Made by a program: the position numbers and the translations under genes
Notes under the pieces: generated by a model
Database searches by the model: none
What the model was told of the DNA's origin: nothing
The model's input: the letters and a program-made list of their open reading frames with translations, nothing else
NCBI RefSeq assembly: GCF_006345805.1
Contig: NC_043003.1
Span: forward strand, 79,174,001-79,238,000
Length of the DNA: 64,000 nucleotides
Direction of reading: 5' to 3'
From: Octopus sinensis
Lineage: Eukaryota
Shown: piece by piece, positions 51,600 to 62,841 of the stretch
Numbering within the stretch: the stretch's first letter is position 1
How the letters are laid out: each line of letters starts with the position of its first letter

Positions 51600-51965
51600 A
51601 CTGAGCCGCAGGTTTTATGTCAGAGTTATCCCAGTTACCTGAGTTACCTTCTCCTAGAAGGATGCCCTAACAAAGGCTGGGAGTTCTTCACTCCCAATGG
51701 TTTAACCGCGCAATCGGGTATTCAGTCCAATTATTTCTATGTCCCCGCGCATGATACAGCCTTAAGACATTTATTGGATGGCCGTTGACTCTCGAGAGTT
51801 CCTCTGCCCTTTGACGGGTTTTGTTTTTCATCCCGCAGGGTGTCCAATAAACACCCTCCTCACCAAGCAAGCTTGGTGGGGTTGCCAGTTTAGTCGCCTA
51901 CGACCCGACCATGCAACAGGTTGTACTGGGTTACATGTAACCAGTTGCACTCGAAAGTGACCTGA
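51600..51965 (-). mobile_element. Interspersed repeat, probably LINE (RTE) 5'-UTR-derived
   Basis: An inverted sibling lies at 56440-56590 (ccccaccaagcttggtgaggagggtgtttattggacaccc). Confidence 0.45.
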
Positions 51966-52169
51966 CATAACATACATACATATTCAGAGACATACACATA
52001 CCCATACATTATAATTTTCTTCTGAGCAACTGCAATGTTTGTTAATATCCCTTATTTTAATGTATATAAAAGTATTTAATTTTTAAAGATATATATGTGC
52101 ATGTGTGCATGAATTTGTGCCTGTGTGTTTGTATCTATTTGTAAACAGTCCAAGGTGGCTATTTGTTTT

Positions 52170-52503
52170 ATGATTCAGTCAATGGGTAATTGATTTAAAT
52201 GACTCATTGCCTCATCGCTGTAAGCTTGCTGAAGTATACTCAATGACTCTGTAGCAGACTTCCCAAGTTTAATGCAAAATTTCACATTGGTTCTTTGTTC
52301 CTGTTCATAACAAGATCTCAGACTACAGCAAACACGTGATCACAAAAGCATAAATTTCACAACTTGTGAAGTAAATACAGTAATGTCATTTGGCACACTG
52401 CCTCATGAAGGTCACTGCTAGCTCTCACTGTACATGCAACCATGTGCCGCCCTCTGTTAGCATGCTCTAGAACTAGTCCAGGAACTTTTTGATCTCATCT
52501 TGT
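52170..52503 (-). mobile_element. 5' fragment of the mariner family at 11355-12586
   Basis: Reverse complement matches the 5' part of that element, including TIR ctagtccaggaactttttgat. Confidence 0.65.
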
Positions 52504-52876
52504 ATATGTATGCATATTTTGTATATCTAGCCCAACTGATGATGTATATATATATACTTGTTGTTTTCACCGTTAATGCTTCTGTATTCATGTTTCTGTA
52601 TTCCATTATTGTTTTTTGTTTTTTTTTTTTATATCTGTCCCTTTTGCTGTCCTGGTGTTCGTATGCATCGATCCTTCTTCCAGAAATCTACGCTTCCAGC
52701 TTAGTTTTTCTTGGAGGGCTGGCCGTGATCTAGTATCTCAAGATTAATCAGCCGAAATTACTACGATGATCCGGTTCTTGACTGAAGACTGAGGGGTTCG
52801 AATGTCCTGTCCATGTTTATTGTATCGTCTTCTATGAGTTATACGTTCTTGTCCATGTTGTATTTTTCTACATACC

Positions 52877-52939
<63 letters not shown>

Positions 52940-53196
52940 TTAAACTTAATTGTAATTCAAATTTAATTGTAGCCATGAAACATATGTAGTTTTTTTACTT
53001 ATTATATATTGATCATTCATTTTTATACTTTTTGAGATCTAGTTATAAGTTATGTTTTATAAAAAATATATATTATTTGTTATTTATATTTTGGTTTATG
53101 TCTATCACTGTTTGAGTTGCATAATAGTGGTTTTATCTCTAATTTATATATTATATATATATATAGATTGATGGGTGTTTGGGTAGACATATATAT

Positions 53197-53228
<32 letters not shown>

Positions 53229-55029
53229 GCATCTGTATGTATATATATATTTTAGGAGCTTAAAAGTTATGGTTGGTCATAGAGTGACCATTGGTTTCAC
53301 ACCCATAAAGTGCTTCACAATATGAGCTACTATATACAAAGAATATAAGAAGAAATGCTGTAAGTTGCATTTAAAACTGAATGCTTTTGAAGCTAATCTC
53401 TTAACCAGAAAGCCATTCTTGCGCATAACTCAGTGATTTCTTAATAAAGAGAGAATAATAACAATAAAGAAGAAAAAACTGCCATTGTTCTTTGTTTCAG
53501 AGAAGAGAATCCAGCATTTTTTGTAGTAAAGTAAATACTAACAAAATAATGTAGTGATGTGTAAACAAACTTCAAAACCTTCTCTGCATTGCTGTGAGGT
53601 AAACATGGAATAATGACAGTATGTAACCTTGTAAACTAGTGGTTATAGTATTAGATCCATGATCCTAAGTTTCTAGTTTCAATTTCCACCCAAGGTGATG
53701 CACTGTGCTCTTTAGCAAAACATTTAACTCTACATTGTTCCACTCCACTACACTCAGATAAAATAAGTACCAGTGGCCATTTAGGGTTAACTGTGTAACA
53801 GCTTTATATCCCATTTGGGAGGTGGAGCTGTACTACAATCAGTGGAAGGGTGGATAATGATAATGAGGGATAAATGTTGATAAGACACGGTCCTTGAGGG
53901 AAAAAGTGAGTAATTGGTTGCATGAAAATGAATAAAGTATGTACTGTTTCTGCTTTCATATGTTAGAGATTAAATTTTTTTTTTCGTTTGTCTTTAGTTA
54001 GTAAGTGCTATTTCTTATTTGCTTCTATCTCGGAATCAAAGGAAATGACAAATATTACTTTCAAACTTTGCTTTTGTGACTCGGGCATCAATATTTTGAA
54101 ACTGACCTATTTTCCATTATATTTCAGACAGATTCAGCACTGAGTTGTTGAAGCAGAAATACTGTTATAGCAAATTTTCTGCTCATTACCGCAGATTCAC
54201 TTGTCAGTTGTTTGACTTTAACTGCTTGATCATGTCCCTTAGTGGCTAACAATATATGTATCTCTGAGCAGGAGTAGTAGCAGGGGAGCATCATAGATTC
54301 TTTGGGATTTAAATACTGTAAAAACTCATGTAATTTACACACTTTTTTTTTTTGCCTAAATGAAAATAAACTTTATCGGGCATAAATTACATGAGTAGAT
54401 CATTTCCAGAATTTGTTTTAAAATTTATTTTGTTGAAAAAAGATGTACAAAACTTAAACATTCATACCAGAAGTTCACACATTTAATGAGAGAATAAGTT
54501 TTTACAGAAAAATAAGGGCTTAAATATAATAAAGTTTACTTTTATTTATGCTAGGCAGTATAATGCTTACTTTTTTATGTATAAATTTACTAAAACCATT
54601 AAATGGTTAACTACTTTTTGAAGTCTGACGTTCATGCTGGTAAACACGGTCTGGGCCATATTTTACATTGCTTGAAGTTTCTACCTAACGCAATGGAGCA
54701 CCAGTGACATACATAGTGAAATGATTATTCCTGACTGAAAAAAATGTAATGATATGGATAATATTGATTGTATAATTTTATTTTTGTCTATTACTTGGCA
54801 CAGTTTTAAGCTTGTCATACTGATTACACCAATTTCAAACATTGGCTTCATTAACATTAGAATGCCTTCCGGCAGCTTTATTGCCACATTCAAAAGCATA
54901 TTTAATTTCTCCTTCACAGTAAACTATTCATAAGTTCTGCCCATACTGACAATAACGGTGATGACAAATTTTTAAGTTTACTTGACATTTTATAAGTGTG
55001 AAAGAGATTAAAATTTTGATACTCTATAT

Positions 55030-55248
55030 TAGTGCTTTACAAAATTTTTGCTTGAGCGGAATCCCAAGGAAGCATTCCACTGGCTCGAGGAACCCCTGTG
55101 CAATAATTTAATAGTCTTATGCACACATATCTGCACAGGAGAATTAAAAATTACTGCTGAGTTTAGCAGTTTTGTAACTTCTTGCGGAACCCCTGGACTG
55201 TACTGGCGGAACCCTAAGGTTCCACGGAACCCTGGTTGAAAACCACTG
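55030..55248. mobile_element. hAT-type transposon terminus
   Basis: ...ggttccacggaaccctggttgaaaaccactg end with repeated ggaaccc subterminal motifs. Confidence 0.5.
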
Positions 55249-57029
55249 CTCTATATCAAAGGTTCTGACATGAATAGGCAGAAAAGAATTGTTAACATAA
55301 TCAGTTTGAGTAAAGTCAGTTGAGTAAAGTGTCATCCAAGCTGATATTAATTGGTAATTAGATTTAATTTGCAACACCTGTGCATATTTATCAGCTTTAT
55401 TTTTGTTGGTAATTCTTATCAACAACTTTTCCTCTGATCATGATTTGAGAAGCCATACAGCAGTATGCTAAAGATCGGACATAATCTCTTCTGGGCAAGA
55501 AATGTAAAATAAATTTTATTATAAACGACACAAGCACTTTGTAATTTAATAGATTTCAGTGTGATACCTATTAGACAGAAATTATTTTCATTTAATAAAA
55601 TCTAACCATAAGTGAAATTATGCTAAATACAACTAAATTGAAAACCTTTTTGACCTGGTCATATGAGCAATTCTGAAAACGTTTGGGTGCAAATTTTACA
55701 CGAATAGAAGCTTTTTTTAACAAATTTTATCCTGAAAATCACCTGCGTAATATACACTGGTGTGCAAATTACATGGGTTTTTATGGTAAATGTAACAAAA
55801 GCAAAGTTTGAAAGAAATATTAACCATTTTTCATACTTTCTAGGGGTAAGCAAATAGGAAATAACAATCCCTACTCAAGAGAAAAAGTTGTTATACAATG
55901 TAATTACAGCAGCTGAGTAGCATCATAGTTAAAAGAGTGATGGGTGTTAGGAAGATAAGATGTAGAGAATGTTTGATGAGGGAAGACAGGATGAGGAAGC
56001 AGGCCCCAGTATGTACAAGCATAAACATAATGCTCTTAGTCTTCACTTTTGCTATGATGAATATGTCTTCTCAATGCTAATTATCTTGGTCTTTAGTCAT
56101 CTCCTCCATGAGGCTCAATATTTTGAGATCAGACTTTGCTACTTCATCTCATATCTTCCTGGGTCTCCCTCTTACACATATCCCATCCATAGCAAGTACT
56201 GAGTACATTGTATGGAATTTCTGGCTAAACCTTTCCTACTTATTGTGCAGAGCTAATTATCTGATGGGAATAGAATCCTGTCTGTTTTCTTGCTTACTAG
56301 AATTTTGGTCTTTTACTAAGTTAACTTTGCTAAGATACTTTGGTTCCAGGTTTTGCTTCCACTCCTGGGATCTCTTCTCTGATTATACAATTTGAACAAG
56401 GTCATCAGCATCTAATAGTTCTTCTGTTATGGCCTGTTGTATGGTTATGGCCTGTTGCATGGTCAGGCCATCGACGACTAAACCGGCAACCCCACCAAGC
56501 TTGGTGAGGAGGGTGTTTATTGGACACCCTACGGGATGAAAAACAAAACCTTTCAAAGGGTGGAGGAACTCTTGAGAGTCAACGGCCATCCAATAGATGT
56601 GTAATTATATATATTACCTCATCGTGGTAAGGGGGTGAAGCGGGAGTGTCAGAGACTTCGGTTTCTGGTAGGGCCACCCAAAGTGGATTGTTCTGACACC
56701 CAGCAGTATCAGGGCCGCACACGGCTAACGGGGCTCTGGTGAACAGAAGCGTCTGATCCAGCAACCGGCAGCTTCAACCCGTCCTGTCCCTGCATCTGTA
56801 GAAAATCTACGGCAAACAAGACGTTCTCCCAACAGGGATATATTTGCGGCTGGGGACCGCTAGCGAAACTTCCTATTCCCAAGATCCTTCAAATATTCCT
56901 CATGTATATCACACCTTCTTCAGATGCAGCATTGAGGATGAATGAAGCCAGCTCAACCCACCCCGGGTGAATGCTGTCAAGTCAAGTCTGTTATGGCCTG
57001 GGGACATTGGTGAATTGGAGGGGACTTGG

Positions 57030-57335
57030 AGAATTGGAGAAACAAGACTTGACGATCTCCTACATGTTCTCTAAATTCATTGCTTTATTCATTACTAATC
57101 CTCACCTTACTGACAGTACCCCAGTACATGGTTTGTATGGCCCTTACAAACCATTCTCTTATTCCTACCTCAGAGACCACCTGTCCATAGGGTGAAGAGG
57201 TCTGTCAAAGGCTTTCCCCACTCAATGAATGCCAATTACAATGGCTTATTCTCAGCCAAATACTTATCTTGCAGTTGTCTTAGAAGGAAGATGGCATCAC
57301 CAACCCTTCTCCCTAGCACAAAACCAAACTGCACC
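57030..57335 (-). mobile_element. Decayed RTE RT fragment
   Basis: Reverse complement resembles the QFGF...DAIFLVRQLQEKYLA.NKPL...EKAFDR region of the RTE at 34770-35100. Confidence 0.6.
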
Positions 57336-57689
57336 TGAAATATAATTCTATCCATAACTTACATCACATAGTTTGGCAATTTGATAGCTATATAATCTTT
57401 CTTCTACCTAAAGCATCTCCTTTACCTATATAATAAGTGATTTGTTTTCCTAGCACACCAACAAAATGTTTGGCAGTATTTGTTCCAGTTTTACATTCTG
57501 AGTTCGAATTCTGCTAAGGTTAACTTTGCCTTTCATCCTTTCAGGATCAATGAAATCAGTACCAGTCAAATATTAGGGTTGATGTAATCAAATTAGCCCC
57601 TCTCCTAAAATTGTTGATCTTATGCCAAAATGTCAAACTGTTGTTGATGTTATTAATTTCAATTTTTATTTTTATTTCATATTTCTTAG

Positions 57690-58065
57690 GTGCAATATAA
57701 AAAAAATGGAGGTAAATGTGGTGTATGTGGAGATCCATATGATGGACCCCGTCCCAATGAAGTAAATGGAAGATTTGCTACAGGAATCATTGTCAGAAAT
57801 TATACAGAAGGCCAACAAGTTGAAGCACAGGTTCAACTGACAGCAAATCACAAAGGCTGGTTCATGTTTACACTATGTCCCAAGAAAAAGTATTCTGACC
57901 CAGAACCTCTAGATTGTTTTGAGACTCATCCCCTGCAAATAGCTGGAAAGAATAACACGTACAAGTTTCCAATTACAGCTGATATGAAATTAGTGAAGGT
58001 AAACCTCTCGTTACCTAAAGGACTTTCATGTCCATATTGTGTGTTCCGGTGGAAATATAATGCTG
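57690..58065 (+). CDS. AA15-type LPMO, coding exon 2 (gene continues beyond the window)
   Basis: Polypyrimidine tract plus TTAG acceptor ending at 57689, phase 0. Encodes VQYKKNGGKCGVCGDPYDG...ATGIIVRNYTEGQ...LTANHKGWFMFTLCP...CF..HPL...LPKGLSCPYCVFRWKYNA(G). Second brace His at 57849-57851. Donor GTAAGT at 58066, phase 1. Confidence 0.93.
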
Positions 58066-58779
58066 GTAAGTTAATTGCTTGGTTTTAATTTTTTGATATT
58101 GCTAGTTGCTCCCCAAGCTGATGGAGAAGGTAAAGAAGCTGTGACAAGGGTTCTGAACACCTTCACTTTAGAGGACTTCATTTTTGTACTTTTTAAATTA
58201 ATAAAGAGTGAAGGCACATGGTTTAGTGGTTAGGGTATTTGACTCACAATTGTAAGGTATTGAGTTCAGTTCCCAGTAATGTGTTGTGTCCTTGAGCAAG
58301 ACACTTTATTTGACTTTACTGCAGTTCACTCAGCTGGCAACAATAACATGTATTTCAAAGGGCCAGCCTTGTCACATTCTGTGTCATGCTGAATATTTTT
58401 GAGGACTTCATACACAAGTTTGTGAAATGCTTAACCACTTACATGTTAATTCCACAAGCAGACTGTTCCATTGATTTGAAGTAACTTCAAAAATTTCAAT
58501 TAAATCTGTACACTTAGTTAATTTCCCTAAAAATTTCTCATTTACTTTTGCAACAGTTTTGTGTTTTTCTCTTGTTAACAGTTTTTTTTCTGGTTCCTTC
58601 AATACTGGCTCTTTCATTCACTGACAAATTGTGCTTCAGCCCGTACAATTCTTTATTTTCCATAAAAATTTCTTATTTACTTTCTGTCCATCGTATTAAG
58701 AAATATAATTTCAGTTACCCAGTTATTTTCATTGTTTACTATCTTCTGCAATCGTGTATTTCTGTATATGTATATAACC

Positions 58780-59410
58780 ATGCCTAGAAGGAAAGTGTCA
58801 AATCTGTCTACAATGTCAAGGTCAGCCAAAAGAATGTTGCCATCCAGGGAAAGAGAGACAGCTACACAAAGGGGAGTATACCAAGAAACGAACAGAAAGT
58901 GCACGACAAAAGCCAGAGCATCTCAAAGTGATGAACAGAGGTATTCACAGCTGACAAGATACAGGGTCTCTACCGCAGAACAAAGAGTTGTTGCAACAGC
59001 TCAGAAAAACACCTTCTATGAAGCAGCTTTCAGTTATGATCCAGCAGTTTAATATGCAGATGATACTATGGTTTCCATCGGTGCAATGACAACTGAGTGC
59101 AATATATTGTAAAGCTAGGAAGTAGCTTGGAGAGACACCTGCACTGTGCTGCAGTGGTGAAAAGGTTAAACTCCCTGCAATCCCCCAACCTCCAGAGCCA
59201 TTGAAGAAACTGTTGTCATCAAATGACCAAGATTCCAAGCACTTCCAAAACAAAATTAGATAATACAACGCTGCACTACAGATGACATCATTTGGAGCTG
59301 CAAGAGATCTAACTGAGCCAGGATTCATGCGAACTATCAAAATCTAAGGTCAGATTTATCATTGAATTGGCTCTCTGCTACCTCTGTCAAATGAATCACC
59401 AAAATCAGCC
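58780..59410 (+). pseudogene. Helitron Rep/Helicase N-terminal fragment, disrupted
   Basis: MPRRKVSNLS...AAFSYDP...VSIGAMTTEC / YCKARK*LGETPALCCSGEKVKLP...PPEPLKKLL...SKHFQNKIR*YNAALQMTSFGA...GFM.TIKI*GQIYH*IGSLLP. Confidence 0.85.
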
Positions 59411-59465
59411 TTTCATTGTTTATAATCTGCACCTGTTTTTTTATTACGACACAAACTACACCAAA

Positions 59466-60165
59466 TCATCATCATCATCATCATCATTTAGCGTCCGCTT
59501 TCCATGCTAGCATGGGTTGGACGGGTCAACTGGGGTCTGTGAAGCTGGAAGGCTTCGTCAGGCCCAGTCAGATCTGGCAGTGTTTCTACGGCTGGATTCC
59601 CTTCCTAACGCCAACCACTCCGCGAGTGTAGTGGGTGTTTTTTTACGTGCCACCTGCACAGGTGCCAGACAGAGCTGGCAAACGAACACGAACGGATGGT
59701 GCTTTTACGTGCCACCGACACGGGGCCAGACAGAGCTGGCAAACAGCCACGAACGGACGGTGTTTTTACGTGTCACCGGCACGGGGGCCAGCCGAGGCTG
59801 GCAACGGACACGAACGGATGGTGCTTTTACGTGCCACCGACACGGTTGCCAGACAGAGCTGGCAAACGGCCACGAACGGACGGTGCTTTTACGTGTCACC
59901 GGCACGGGGCCAGGCGAGGCTGGCAACGAACACGAACGGATGGTGCTTTTACGTGCCACCGGCACGGGGGCCAGACAGAGCTGGCAAACGGCCACGAGTG
60001 AATGGTGCTTTTACGTGTCACCGGCACGGGGCCAGGCGAGGCTGGCAACGAACACGAACGGATGGTGCTTTTACGTGCCACCGACACGGGGGCCAGACAG
60101 AGCTGGCAAACGGCCACGAGTGAATGGTGCTTTTACGTGTCACCGACACGGGTGCCAGACGAGGC
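59466..60165 (-). mobile_element. RTE-type 3' tail with ~61-bp alternating A/B tandem array
   Basis: gcttttacgt anchors about every 60-62 bp from 59640 to 60129; (ATC)n end. Confidence 0.85.
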
Positions 60166-60409
60166 TGACATGTGTTCTTGAATTATGTCTGTTTACTTCA
60201 TATACATATATGAGTTGAAAACTTTCTTTAAACATTTCACTTAATGTCTATGTTCCATGCTGACATGGGTTAGGGAGTTATTTATGTAGAAGTCGGAATC
60301 TCAACTAGTAGCAGTTGAGACCTACGTAATCTAGATGGCGTTTCTAAATTTCATTATTCTTTTAATGTGGGCAATGCAAGGTATTTCTGCTAGAGTATAT
60401 AAGTATATA

Positions 60410-60830
60410 TGTGGGAGTGGCTATGTGGTAAGTAGCTTGCTTATGAACCGCACGGTTCAGGGTTCAGTCCCACTGCATGGCACTTTGGGCAAGTGTCTTC
60501 TACTGTAACCTCAGGCTGACCAAAGCCTTGTGAGTGGATTTAGTAGATGGACACTGAAAGAAGCCTATCGTATATATGTATATATATGTGTGTGTGTGTG
60601 TATGTGTGTGTATGTATGTATGTTTGTGTGTCTGTGTTCATCCCCCCCAACATCACTTGACAACCGATGCTGGTGCGTTTATGTCCCTGTAACTTAACAG
60701 TTTGGCAAAAGAGACCGATAGAATAAGTACTAGGCTTACAAAGAATAAGTCCTGGGGTCGATTTGCTCAACTAAAGGCAGTACTCCAGCATGGCCACAGT
60801 CAAATGACTGAAACAAGTAAAAGAGTAAAA
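60410..60830 (+). mobile_element. SINE family A, full length
   Basis: gggagtggctatgtggtaag head through gtaaaagag tail. Confidence 0.9.
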
Positions 60831-60888
60831 GATATATATATATATATGTATGTATGTATGCGTGTATGTATATATATGTTTGTGTGTG

Positions 60889-60945
<57 letters not shown>

Positions 60946-62422
60946 GTATCTATATATATATGTATCTATATATATATGTATCTATATAATATATGTATCT
61001 ATATATATATATGTATCTATATATTATGTATCTATATATATATGTATCTATATATATGTATCTATATATATGTATCTATATATATATATGTATCTATATA
61101 TATGTATCTATATATATATATGTATCTATATATATATATGTATCTATATATATATATGTATCTATATATATATGTGTATCTATATATATATATGTATCTA
61201 TATATATATATGTATCTATATATATATGTATCTATATATATATATGTATCTTTGGACAGATTCCTTCAAGAAATCCCGGATAAACCCCCTACACCCGGAT
61301 ATGTCTCTGTAAACAATAACTCTCTACTTGAGTGGGCCATAGTGCCCAAATTCTGTCTTGAAAGACTTCACCAGGTGGTGCTATTAAGTTAGACATGGCC
61401 TGGGCCAATAATGGCCGAAACCTATCAAAGTATATATATATATATATATATGTATCTATATATATATATATGTATGTATCTATATATATATATATGTATG
61501 TATCTATATATATATATGTATGTATCTATATATATATATATATATGTATCTATATATATATATATATGTATGTATCTATATATATATATATGTATGTATC
61601 TATATATATATATGTATGTATGTATCTATCTATCTATATGTATGTATCTATCTATCTATCTATATGTATGTAGGTATCTATCTATTATCTATATATATAT
61701 ATATATATATTATCTATATATATATGATCTATATATATATATATTATATATATATATGTATTATATATATATGTATCTATATATATATGTATCTATATAT
61801 ATATATATATATATATATGTATCTATATATATATGTATCTATATATATATATGTATCTATATATATATGTATCTATATATATATGTATCTATATATATAT
61901 GTATCTATATATATATGTATCTATATATATATGTATCTATATATATATGTATCTATATATATGTATCTATATATATGTATCTATATATATGTATCTATAT
62001 ATATATGTATCTATATATATGTATCTATATATATATGTATCTATATATATATGTATCTATATATATATGTATCTATATATATATGTATCTATATATATGT
62101 ATCTATATATATGTATCTATATATATGTATCTATATATATGTATCTATATATATGTATCTATATATATGTATCTATATATATATGTATCTATATATATAT
62201 GTATCTATATATATATGTATCTATATATATATGTATCTATATATATGTATCTATATATATGTATCTATATATATGTATCTATATATATATTATATATATT
62301 ATATATATGTATCTATATTATATATGTATCTATATATATGTATCTATATATATATATATATGTACTATATATATATGTATGTATATATATATATATGTAT
62401 GTATATATATATATATGATCTA

Positions 62423-62484
<62 letters not shown>

Positions 62485-62683
62485 TATATATATATATATA
62501 GATATATATATATATATATATATAGTATCTATATATATATATATATATGTATCTATAATATATATATATATGTATCTATATTATATATATATATGTATCT
62601 ATATATATATATATATGTATCTATATATATATATATGTATCTATATATATATGTATGTATATATATATATATACGTATGTATC

Positions 62684-62728
<45 letters not shown>

Positions 62729-62754
62729 ATAATATATATATATACGTATGTATC

Positions 62755-62812
<58 letters not shown>

Positions 62813-62840
62813 CATATATATATAATGTATGTACATATAT
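60831..62840. repeat. ~2-kb AT-rich minisatellite ((AT)nGTATCT units)
   Basis: Direct reading; interrupted at 61250-61430. Confidence 0.95.
61250..61430 (+). mobile_element. CR1-like LINE 3' end fragment
   Basis: [28 protein letters not shown] resembles the terminal LDxFLxxIPDxP...Y....NSL motif. Confidence 0.6.
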
Positions 62841-62841
62841 A

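Larger units (their letters stand above)
7786..57689 (+). other. Intron of the LPMO gene (49,904 bp, GT-AG, phase 0)
   Basis: GTGAGT...TTTCTTAG; the join gives ...ELYCGGVT|VQYKKNGGKCGVCGD, which is continuous with the AA15 CGG-x-Q...NGGKCGxCGD pattern. Confidence 0.85.

Noticed and set aside
54124-54917. Minus-strand ORFs (72 and 78 aa) next to the hAT-type terminus
   Set aside because: Possibly decayed transposase, but no motif could be confirmed.
59517-60218. 233-aa repetitive ORF and CRISPR-like periodicity
   Set aside because: Tandem A/B units of an RTE 3' UTR; the 'spacers' recur.
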